Part shown: piece by piece, positions 29,951 to 43,280 of the stretch
Numbering within the stretch: position 1 is the first letter of the stretch
How the letters are laid out: each line of letters opens with the position of its first letter
Assembly: GCF_009914755.1 (NCBI RefSeq)
Contig: NC_060926.1
Reading direction: 5' to 3' (one strand)
DNA from: the human T2T-CHM13v2.0 reference genome, Homo sapiens
Length of the DNA: 64,000 nt
Program-made: the position numbers and the translations under genes
Notes under the pieces: model-generated
What the model saw: only the letters and a program-made list of their open reading frames with translations
The model's database searches: none
What the model was told of the DNA's origin: nothing

Positions 29951-30629
29951 TGTAGTAACAGAATAAGGGCCCCAAAAAGACACTCATATCTTATTCCCTG
30001 TTGATAAGTTATATGGCAAAAGAGACTTTGAAGATTTAATTAAGATTATATAAGGTCCTTAAAATAGATGATCCTGGATTGTTTAAATGGGCCCAATCTA
30101 ATCAGATGAGCCCTTAAAGGCAGAGAACTTTCTCTGGCTCAAAGTGGAGAGATGTGACAGAAGAGTAATGCAGAAGAGATACAACGAAGTGAGGAAGTCA
30201 GAGAGATTCTGAGTAGGGAAAGGATTCTGAGTTATAAAGGGACATGTGGAAGAAATAGAGACTTGTTTCTAGAAGGTAAGGCAGTCCTGGGCTGAAAGCT
30301 GGCAAACAAAACAAAACAAAACAAAACAAAACAAAACAAAACAAAACAACAAAAAAACCAAAAAACCACAGGGGAGGATTTCAGTCCTTCTACAAGGAAC
30401 TGAATTCTGTCAACAACCTGAATGGAAGTAGATTCTTCCACAGAGCCCTCAGAGAGGAACACCGCCTTGCTAACACCATGCCTTAGGGTCTTGTGAGACT
30501 CAGAGAAGAGGCACTGGTTGAGCCACACCAAACTGAGACTTGACCTACAAAAATTGTTAGATGATGAGTATTGTTTTAAGCTGCTAAGTTTGTGATTATT
30601 TGTTATGGTAGCAATATAAAACTAATACA
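29951..30629 (+). mobile_element. MLT1E-like MaLR solo LTR containing an (AAAAC)n tract
   Basis: tgtagtaacagaataagggcccc ... ttttaagctgctaagtttgtg...gcaatataaaactaataca termini. Confidence 0.8.
30303..30350. repeat. (AAAAC)n pentanucleotide repeat
   Basis: Direct reading. Confidence 0.9.
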
Positions 30630-30879
30630 ATTGCTGTGGTTTTGATTTTGTTCTTTTATATGTTTTCTTTTAATATAACTTATGCCTGTCTTTGCTTTAT
30701 GATTTATCTTTGTATTAAAAACTATTTTCATTTTATAACTAAAAGAGCACTCTAAATATTTTTATTTTTGCAGTGTCACACAAAATTAACTTTATTTTTG
30801 GTGATTTCAAGTTCTGATTGTTTAGAACAGAACTTGCTGTCTTTCATACCATTAAATTTCTTCATGTGTTTTGGCATTT

Positions 30880-32420
30880 CCATTAAAAAAATTGTATATG
30901 ATTTTAAAAATGTTGAAACTGCTTCAAATCTACAGAAAGGTTGAAAATACTTCTGCCTTCCTATCACTCAGTTTCCCTAATTGTTAACATTTTATATATT
31001 TCCCCATCCCACCACTTTGCATGTGTGTGTGTGTGCATGTGTGTGTGTGCATGTGCATGTGTGTGTATGTGTTCATGTGCGTGTGTGTGTGAATACTCTA
31101 CTGTTTCCCACCCAGAAACAAGGACACTCTCTTATATTCCACTGTACAGCCCTCTGTTCAGGACATCAACCCTGGTATACTGTTTTCCATTCTGCTGACC
31201 TCACTCAAATTTCCCCATCTGTCCTATCAATGTCTCTTATTCCTTTGTGGTCCATATGGAATCCAGGATCTTGTGTTTCATTTAGTCGTCAGGTCTCAGT
31301 AGTCTCTCTCAAATGGGAACAGTTCCTCCATATTTCTCTTATCTCTCATGTCCTAAAGAGTTTTAGAGTACAGGCCTTTATTTTGTAGGATAAACCTTAA
31401 TGTGGGTCTGTCTGGTGTTTCCCCATGACCAAACTCCAGCCATCCATTCTTGGCAGGATACCATAGAAATGATTCTATGCTATTCTTGTTGCTTAATCTC
31501 AGGAGACACACAATGCTGACCCATCCAATACTGGTGATGCTAACCTTGATAACCTGGTCAAGATGGTGCCTCTACATACTTTACCTTTAAAATGACCTCT
31601 TTACCTTTGTGTTTGAGTAACATTTTGTGGGGAGATACTGCCGTATTATGCCAAACCTTCACTTATCAGACTTGGCATTCATTGATGACTCTTTCTTGAA
31701 TTAACTACCACTATTCTAATTGCCAAATGGTGATTACCTAGTTCTATCATTCTTTTTACATTTGCAGATTAGCATTCTATTGTGAGAAATAATTTTCCCT
31801 TCCATCTCATCATTTATTTAATTATATGGACTCGTGGATTCCTATTTATTCAACAGGGTATAATTATGTACTCTCATTAGTTTTGTGTTTGTGTGTGTGT
31901 GATGCCTAAACTGTCCTAGATTTGGCCAGAGGTACCTCTTCAAGCTGATTTGTGTTCTTTTAACATATCTCCATCCCACCCAATCTTTGAGTGTTTTCTT
32001 ACTTTCTGGCACAACAGGATGCTCTAGGCTCATCTTATCATTTTGTATATTTATTAACTCAGCCTAGAATTAGCTATTTATTCCTGGAGGATGGCATTTC
32101 AATACCAGATCAGGTTACTCAGTGTGCACATTGGTAGTGAAATGTCATTGCTTCTAGGCCCTCTTAGGAAACAGCTGGGGGGGAATAAAATACCACACAG
32201 ACACATACTTACACACACACACTCTCACACACACTTACATATGTGCATACATCCATATCTGTTTCTATATGCATGTATTTTTTGTTCTATGAATTTATAC
32301 CAATGTTCTCAACTCCAGTTGAAAATTTTGGGATTCATTTTCATCTTTTATTCATGTTTATAAATTTTTTCTTAGAGAGTGAGAAATGGCTCTTATTATC
32401 TTTCATAGATTTACTTCTTT
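30880..32420 (-). mobile_element. L1MC4-like 3' end
   Basis: ttcaaatctacagaaaggttgaaaa...tttcccta attgttaacatttt...ggatgctctaggctcatctt motifs. Confidence 0.6.
31021..31091. repeat. Degenerate (TG)n/(TGCA) tract
   Basis: Direct reading. Confidence 0.85.
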
Positions 32421-33269
32421 GCTTCATAAGTGGGCACATTTCCTTAACTACACAACTTTCTAACCACCCCGCACTCCTTCCCCATCAGGCCTGTCTCTAG
32501 TGATGTCCTCCCATGGCCCCCAGCTCTGTTCCATCCCTTTCTCAAGTGCACAGCACCATGGCCTTAGCACAGCACTAACTGTCCTCCATTGTCCTGCTTC
32601 TATGCACACTCTTTTTGCTAAGGCTGGAAAGGGATAAGAAAGAAAGATAAGTTGGGAATGGAAAGTGTGAAAGGAAAGGCAACTAGATCACTTTCAATGA
32701 GAAGTAGTTCAACAGTGTTTTTCCTCTGTCTTTACTTAGCTCTCTCTGTGTAGGGTTTTATGATGACATTTTGTGCTCCCAGCTCATGGTGATACTTGGG
32801 ATGTGGGAAATCCAACCACAGAATCATTGGGCACCATGTTTCAGATCTTGATTGCTAGTATCTGTAGCGTCTCTCTCCCCCATGTTTTCCTATAAGCCAT
32901 TGCCCCAGGTGATGGGCAGCAAGGGGTTTTATTCTTTTTAAATTTCTCTTTAAAATATAAGAAGCCCTTTCCCAGGCACTGGCTTCAAATAATTAGTCTC
33001 AATGTGGTCTGCTGTGTTATGTAAGCATTGTTAGTTTTCTTTCTGCCTCTGATGGATTTGTGGTTCCTTCTGCCTGTTTCCAGTCATGGAACTGAGAATG
33101 CTTATGGCTTTAGCCTTACTCGCGTCTCCTTTATAGAGATATATCTCTTTGGTTTTCTGTATATTTATGTATGCATTTTTTTGACTTGAATATTATTTAC
33201 ATGTATGAAGTGAAGAGTGGGTACATCTTGACTAAAATTTGAGTGTATATATATATATGGATTTTCCAG

Positions 33270-34207
<938 letters not shown>

Positions 34208-34513
34208 GGATGATTCCCACATTAGCAAGAGGGAATCAGATAAACTTGGGCATTTAGAGAGTTGGGAGGATGGGAATGTTAGGAAAGGTTGAGGGGTCTT
34301 CCAAAACACATCTCAACCACCTTTTTAACAGGCTGAGGCCAGTGCTTGTTTGTTATGTTTCATCAAAAGGGTCTTAGTATTGCATTCAGTGTCATGCTTC
34401 TTTCCAAATTTTCTTTAAAATGACTTTTAATGTCACTACTAAATTCTCTCTTGAACTTAGGTCAATTTACTTAGCTCTTGAAGACACAGATCACTCCATT
34501 ATAATGAGCTGGA

Positions 34514-34812
<299 letters not shown>

Positions 34813-37800
34813 TGAGCTGGATATTTGACTAGTGTTCAGACTTCCTGTTAATTGTTTTCCTTGAATCTTCAGTTTAGTATTTTCTCCCAAAGAGAGAAAG
34901 AGAATGAGAGAGAAAGTGATCTAAGATTTCATAAACAACTTTTCTGAAGTTTAGTTAATTTTACTTTTCTTATTTTTATTCCTTTAGAATAGAGACCTAG
35001 ATTGGTTTCTTGATATGATGTAATTCTGTTTTGAAAATTTCATTTTAGTTCATTGGTTTTCATTTTGACTGTTTTCATTTCTACAATATCAGGAACATGA
35101 TTTACCTTTTATAAAAATGATTTGCTATATAAGCATTAAATTAAAACTTAAATTGGCTATATTGATTTGAAATTGCCACCAATTTGGAAATATGAATTCA
35201 TGAAGTTATATCATCAAGTTTACATGTTTAACAACAAACAAAATGATCTGTCCTTGGGTCACCAGGGTCAGGCTCTCCATGTGACACTGGGCATGGCCAC
35301 CCTGGACTCAGGCTTGGGCTGGAACCACTCTGATCCCACTGGGACTGTGCACTCATGGTAACCACATGCCTGCGTTCCCACCAGATGCAGCAGTAAATGG
35401 CTGAAAGTGGCAGCAACTTGTGCTTTTTATTCCCTAACTGCCAAAGTGTTAAAGCAGATGTTCTTTTACCAAGTCCTAGGCATCCCGTCTTTTCTCTCCC
35501 TTGTTTAATTTTACATTTGGATCTATCTTATTCAATGTCTATAATGTGGTTCTATAGCTATGTAAAATTTGCTAATTTATATAATTCATTATATGTAACA
35601 CACCACATGCACACACACACAAACACACACACGAATGAATTTAAGCTTACTTAAATCCAGGGCTATCAAGTGAAGACAGAATTATGTGTATCTGAAGTAG
35701 TGATTTGAAGGTTCAGATCTGGGTTGCTAAATTCATACATGACTACTCCAACAAAATCTCACATAATAATTGCATTTTTAAATAATTTGAGGAACAAAGA
35801 GTGTTCATGTCACTATTGAACATCGATTTATCATTTTTCCTCTTTTAAACTAAATTCTGGTTCTTATATCAGCAGTTTAAACCCATTCCTTGCTGTTCTA
35901 GCATCTGTAGAGAATAGTTGTTTTTCTCCTCTGTCTACTACCCACTGTACTGCTGGAAGGCAATTATATTTATGCACTGGCTGCCTTCTTTTTTTATTTG
36001 AAATGTTTGCAGAGTCTGTAGCCTTTCTTCCTAAGCCTAGTAACCAAACTCTTTATTTTGGATGGTAATAGCATTACAAACAGATGTCTTACAAGCATAA
36101 TTGAAAACAGCATTGGAGAAAAATAATTAAGGATGCAAGTGAACAGAGATTAGTTATTTAGATATGTTAATTAAAAATACATTTAAAGCGATGATTATTA
36201 AATAAATAGCATTCTAGTCTTGGGCAGCATATTTTCACTGTTTCTGGAATCTTTCCTTTTGGGGATTGAAAATGTCTACTTTGAAAAAAATCAACAAATA
36301 AGGCCCATTGTAAAAATAATCTATAGTTCTATCCAATGTGGGGATTGCAGACATGCTGACATGTGGTTTATTCTCAGCTCTCTTAAGTTGTTATTGCCAT
36401 TGTCTATTCATGCCACACAATATAAGGCTAATGGTCCTTTGCATTTCTGTCCATTTCCAGATCATCCTTGGGCATCCTGTGAAATGCTTAGGTAATACAT
36501 CAAAAATGTCTTCTTTTACACAATACACACTATTTAGATAGTGATACTTTACTTGACAGTAGCTTCTGCCAATACCATATTTTATTTATATGATCTAAAA
36601 TAGTGATGCCACTGTGAACATGTAGCTTCATAAGTCCAAGCCATTTGTTATGATTTTTATATTCCTTTCAAATATGTGTTGGATTGCTACACTGGGAAAT
36701 TGACCTAATATTTCCAGGTGATCAGGTACTCTTTTCCCTCCCATTATCTGAATTGCTTTTACCACCCAGTGTGAAAATGGAAAAAAACTTAAGCAGACGT
36801 CCCATAATATCTTCCCATGGTGCGCCCTTATTGAATTATTTCCAGGTGGATGCGACAGATGTTCATCAAGTCGCTCCCGGCTTCCACTGTTAATTGAACC
36901 ATAATGGGAGTGACAGCAGGGAAGGACAAATTACGGGAATAGAGAGACAGTTTGAACTCTGGGTTCTTATGACCTTCCTGGAAATGCTGGTTGGGCTGAC
37001 AGTTCCTGTTTCTTTCCCACGTGTGGGAAGGAATATGAGATTGTTTCAGCTGAAAAGATCAATGAACTAATGTCCTCTAGGATTAGTAGTGTCTTACTGT
37101 TGGCACCTGCTACCAATCAACTTACTATTTCTGTACTTGTGGGATGTTAACAGCTTACTAAACCAGGAGTCATAAGTCTTCACTATGAACATCTTCACTA
37201 TGAACAATGCTTTTAGACAAATCACTTAATCTTGATGAACCATCATTTTATCATTTTAAAAAGGAACAAACATTACCAATTTTAAAGTGTCTGAAATGAG
37301 ACCTTTTCATGTCTATGAATATTTTTATAAGGGAGGTAAGTTTTATGCATGTATCTGTTTTAAAAGCCACTTAACTAGAATTAAAAATTCTCTTCTCGAA
37401 TAATTGAATCTGGTGGAGAGAAGATAGACTCAAAGTTGACCAAGTTTAACAAGCACTGTGCTGATGTGCTAATAGATCATAACTATAGTAACGAAGAGTT
37501 AAGGAACAGGCTACTTAGAGAGTAGAAGAATTTACAAAGTTCCTAGAGATGAGTTCCAAGGAAGAGCGAGTGGCAGTGATCAAATAAGATGAGATATGAA
37601 GGGAGTGACTAGAAGGTTGGTGTGGCTGGTGTGTGCAAGGTATGCCCCTTCTCTGTGTGTCCAAAAGGCAGTTTGAATGGTCAAGCATACTTGGCCACAG
37701 TGCGTTTTTATGTTCATCAGAAACAGCATTACTGTAAGTTCTTTGGCATTTTTTAAAAAGAGAAGTAGTATAGCCCCAAAAGAGCAGCCCAGCACTGAAA

Positions 37801-37907
37801 GTGTCAGGAGTGAAGGGAAGGAAGACCTGAGACACATTAGCTGAACTACAATGGAATGAGCGCAGGACTGACCATCCCTTTTCCCTTTGTGTATCAGTGG
37901 ATGATGA

Positions 37908-38171
<264 letters not shown>

Positions 38172-38264
38172 TGAGGATGGTATCTTAGGAGGCCAGGGCA
38201 GTAGAATGAGAGAACTCAAAGGAGACAGCGATGCGAGTAGAGGGAGTGCGTTGATGGTGGTGCA

Positions 38265-39090
38265 GGCCTTGGTCTTCTTCTCTATCCATTCTCACACTAA
38301 CTTGTCCTCATCCAATATCACACTGTTTTTAGCTAATGTCTCCCAAATTTATGTCACCAGCCCAAGGCTTTCCTCTAAACTCCAGGCTTGTGTACAGTTA
38401 CCTATGTGCTATTTCTCCTTGGATGAATAATAAGCATTTTGGTCTCAGTATCCAGAACTGAACTCCTGATATTCTTCCTATTCTAAATCTGTTCCTCTTA
38501 CTGCACAGCCTTCCCCTATCTGTTAGTAGCAATTTTATTCTTTCAATTGCTTGTGTCTAACATGTTGGAGTCATCCTTGATTCTTCTTTCTTACTGACAT
38601 CTAATCCATCAGCAAATCTTGCTGTCACTACCTTCAAAATATTTCTAGAGCCTGAATAATGATTTCCACTGCCACTCATAACTGCATCATATCTAGTCTC
38701 CTGGTTTCCCAAATATATTCTTAACACAGCATCTCGAGAGATCCTGCTAAAATGTAAGTCACATGACGTCACTGTTCTGTTCAAAATACTCCAGAAGCTC
38801 CCCAAATTACTCATAGTAAAAGCCAAAGTCATTACAGTGGACTGTAAGGGCCCTGGGCCTACTCTGATGCTCTCCTGGAATCATTCTATTTCTCCTGTTG
38901 TTCTCTCCACTACAACCTCACTGGCTTCAGTGCCTCAGGACATCAGCACTTACTGTTCGTTTTGCCTAGAACGCTGTTTCGCAGATAGCTGCGTAGCTCA
39001 CTTCTAATCTGTTTCATTTTGTTTACTGCTGCATTCTTAGCACAAGGACAGTACTTGGTATGTAGTAGGTACCCACTGAATGTGTATTGG
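38265..39090 (+). mobile_element. L2 LINE fragment
   Basis: ttggagtcatccttgattc...aaaatgtaagtcacatgacgtcac...cagtacttggtatgtagtaggtacc. Confidence 0.7.
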
Positions 39091-39349
39091 AAAATTAATT
39101 TACCTTGAATGAGGATATGGGGAGAAGGCTGGCAATTTGGGTAGCATGAGTGAGATTTGCTGAATAAGTGAGATGAACCTATTTTGTTACATGTGGAAGG
39201 TAGGACCTGGCATAGGAATATTAAGTGAGGCAAAAGTCTCATTTTAGGGTCTCATTATTTAGTGGTTTGCCTTCTATAATGATTTCTCCCACTTATTTCT
39301 TAGCCTTTTAAAATCTGGTTTCTCTTTGAACTGCCTTTAGATTCTCATT

Positions 39350-39570
39350 CCATTCATATTTATTGAACACCTACCATGTGTGAGATTCCGTGTTGGGTGC
39401 TTAAGATATTTTGTCTCACTTAAGACAACTCCACAATAAACATGTAGTTAGGTATTATATTCTCATTCTACATGGGAGGCAATAGTGTTTCAGAAGAATG
39501 CAAGGACTTGCCCTGAGTCACAGAGTATGCCAGGACTGGGTGAAGACTTGAGTTTTGTTTTCCCATGAAT
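39350..39570 (-). mobile_element. MIR SINE
   Basis: catatttattgaacacctaccatgtg...gacttgccctgagtcacagag. Confidence 0.65.
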
Positions 39571-39710
39571 CTGGTTTGCTCCACTTTGCAGTCTTTAATC
39601 CACCAGCAGAATAATCAAATGTCTACTCTGTAAGAGTTGCTGTTACTGACTCTCCCTTTTTATCTTCTTTCTTTTGGGGAGGAGGTCTAGAGAAATTGAA
39701 AGAACCTAAA

Positions 39711-40360
39711 TGTATTGGTCATTTATTATTGTATAACAAATTACTTAAAAATGTAGTAGCTTAAAATGATAAACATTTAGCATCTCACACAGTTGCTGTA
39801 GGTCAGGAACCTGAGAGCTACTTAGCTGAGTGGTTCTGGCTCAGGATCTTTCTTGAGGTTGCAGCTTGGGCATCACCTGGGACTGCAGTCATCTGATGGC
39901 TTGACTGAGTCTGGAGGATCTGCTTCCAAAGGGACTCACCCACAAGCCTGGAATGTTAATGCTGGTTGTTGGCAGAAGACCTCAGTTCCTTGCCATGTGG
40001 ACTCTTAATAGAATTGCTGGAATATCCTCATGACATGGAAGCTGGTGTTCCCCATGGTGAGTGATCGAGAAAGTGTGAGACAGAAGCTGCAATATATTTT
40101 ATGTAGTAGTCTAGGAAGTCACACACCATCACTTTCACAATTTCCCATTAGGGGTGGGACTGTACAAAGTGTGAATACCAGGAGGTGAGGATCAGTAGAG
40201 TCCATCTTGGAGCTGGCTGCCATAGTCTGCCCTGTGGCCTCCCATGACCCCACCTTTCCCACTTGCAAAGTATAGTAATTTCTCCTCCAGGCCCTGAGAG
40301 TTGCTGCTCATAAAAGCATCAGCTCTATGTCCAGGATCCTATCATCTAAATCAGTTTCAG
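39711..40360 (-). mobile_element. MLT1F-like LTR (39711-40223) plus adjoining MLT1-int fragment
   Basis: Reverse complement starts tatggcagccagctccaagatgg...gatcctcacctcctggtattcac; preceded by the PPT-like agggcagac. Confidence 0.8.
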
Positions 40361-41469
40361 GTATTATTAACTTTTACTTCACAAAATCTTGCCATTTTGG
40401 GTCCCCTTCTACCTGCCAGGTTACCTTTTCTCTTCTTTGCTGATCATTGAACACCTGATTAGCATTGATTAAGTGTGTTTCTGTGCCAGGCACTAAGGTA
40501 TGAGTATGAAAAAAATAATAAGGCAGGATGTTGATCACTGGGGAGCTCGCAGTCGAATGGGTGAAAGAAATGTGTAAATGATTATTGTACAACATAATTT
40601 AGGATCATCAACTGGGGAGTGAATAACTGCCCAGATGAGCTAGAGAAGACCCTCCAGATGAAGCGTCCTTTATGCTAGGCCTTGAGTGTTGTGGAGAAGT
40701 TCATAAAGCGATCAAGTAGAAAAAAGCATTTTATTCAGAAGAGGCAGAATGAGCAATGTCTACTTCTTCCTCCTGAATATGAGCAGACTACAAAACTTAG
40801 CCCTTAGCCTTCTCCTCTTTCTATATCACATTCTCTCACTTGGAGAGCTTGCCCTGTTTTCTACTTTCAGGGACTTAACTGCTAACTTAATGGGCCTGAT
40901 TTTCCAAATCCGTTGCTTATAGAGTGAAATCAGAAGTTTTCACGTTTCAGGTCCTTTACCATGGGGACTCAACCTATTGCTTACGCTTTCTCTCCAATCT
41001 CAGCACTTTAGTTCACAATATTCCCTTGTTTGATATTCTGTGTGTTTCCCCATGCTCCAACCTTGCCTAAAATCACCTCATCTTTCAAAGTCTTCTTGAA
41101 GTCATTCTAATAGTGCCTAGAATACCCGTGGTCTGTCATGGGAAATTGGCACTTACACAGGTTACTTTGTTAATTAAATCTTTACTCATTGTATGCCCAG
41201 CCATTGGCGATTAGTTGGTAAGCATCCTGAAAGGTGATTCTGTGTGTATGTCCCCCTTGTTTTCACCGGAACCCAGCACTCCACCTGGTCTCTGCATTCT
41301 GCATTTGTCACTATTTGATGTTGGCAAGTTTTGAGATGAAATACAGTGCTGGAGGAGGAGCAGAACCATGAGATTCTGTTCACTGTGATACTGAGATGTA
41401 ATATCATGAAGTTAGGTGTGTCAGCTTTTCACAGCACCCAAGGGGCCATCCAGATCCTTTTGCAGTAGA

Positions 41470-41507
41470 GTCTACAGCCATACCACCCGGAACACGCCTG
41501 ATCTCAT
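41470..41507 (+). pseudogene. 3'-truncated (tailless) 5S rRNA retropseudogene, nt 1-38
   Basis: gtctacagccataccacccggaacacgcctgatctcat matches 5S GTCTACGGCCATACCACCCTGAACGCGCCCGATCTCGT at 33/38, and 4 of 5 mismatches are CpG decay. Flanked by 18-bp direct repeats. Confidence 0.85.
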
Positions 41508-42440
41508 TAGGTCCTTTTGCACCAGAAATTAATCTACTACTGAATGAAATCAGCCGAAAGATGGCTGTCGCAGTGACTATCATTGTGATGGAATTTGGCC
41601 TCATTTCTCTGAATAGAAAGCCAATTGGAGCTGAGAATATTGAGAGAAGGAGATGTTGCAATGTATTTTGGTTGGCTTAGGGTCTTAGGAAGAGGGTTCC
41701 AGCCACAACTATTAGAGGTAGAAAAGCTGTGCAGAGAGGAGTAGATATTTCTATCTGTGTTTGACTGTAAGCTTTCATTATTGAGCTTCAACAAAAACAA
41801 ATCAAACTGATATTAACCTCTTACAAGGGGCAAATCATTTACGTTTATTTTACTTTTCGTGATAAAAAATGTAAAAGTTATCCAGCAACGAGCCTTGGTG
41901 ATTTACAGGACCGTGAAACCCAAGGGTCTGCTTCCTGCTTGGCTCCAGGCATTTCCATTAAAAGTTGATGGTGGCTCTGTGTTTAGATAAGCTTTGTGCT
42001 GCATGACGGAGGGAGAGGCATGTCCTGTCTTTGCTGCTTAGAGAGGAATGGCTACATAGGGAAACAACACTATTTTTAAAGTAGTCATTACAGTTTATTT
42101 TGCCGCAGATTATTTTCCTTCCTGGGAAAAACAATGTTTCACTGACAAATTGCCAAAATCCACACAGTGCAGTGAAGTGGCCTTGCTGAGTTGGCTTCCT
42201 CAAGCAGGCAGCAGATACTTATTAAGTGCTCAATATATGCTCCAAATTGTGCCACATTTGGTGTTGGGTACACACAGTGTGTTCTCTGGATTTTCTTTTT
42301 TGAAAAAAATCTGCAAAATTCAAGTAGTCTGAATTACACATCCTGAATAAATGTTCTTGTTGAAGCTTGGAAAAGTAAGAGGACAAAGAAGAATAAAATC
42401 TCTCATATTTCTACCATGCAAATACAACGAACATTTTTAG

Positions 42441-42852
<412 letters not shown>

Positions 42853-43069
42853 TATTTTTATACTCTTGATAGCTGAGTAATATGGCTACATAATACTCCA
42901 TGGAGAAGACATGACAAAATTATTTCATTATAATAGACACTTAGGTTGCTGCCTTTCTAATCAATATTACCATGTGTCTAATTAAAATTAATAATAAGTT
43001 CTGATATGAATCCTTTTGTGCACAGTTTGGATTATTTCTGTACTGGGTTATTACAGTACTGGATTATTT

Positions 43070-43280
43070 CTGGAGCAGTTGTTGCCCTGTCCAAATCCCC
43101 TTTACCTGGCCAGGTACTGTGAATGCTGGTTGCTCATGGATCACAGCCCTCTCCTTCCTAGAGAACTGCCCTTTGCCTCTTGGAGGCATGTCCAGGGAAA
43201 GGGGCCATTTTGGCTAAGGATGTGGGAAACCATGCTTCATAGAGAATGGTGGAGAGGGCTGGACATGTTTGGCTGAGAAG
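43070..43280 (+). mobile_element. LTR16E-like ERVL LTR fragment
   Basis: ccaaatcccctttacctggcc...ctgtgaatgctggttgctcatggatcacagc...agagaactgccctttgcc. Confidence 0.55.

Noticed and set aside
35376-35396. CTCF-like ccaccagatgcagc
   Set aside because: Lacks the core GGC; too weak without ChIP data.
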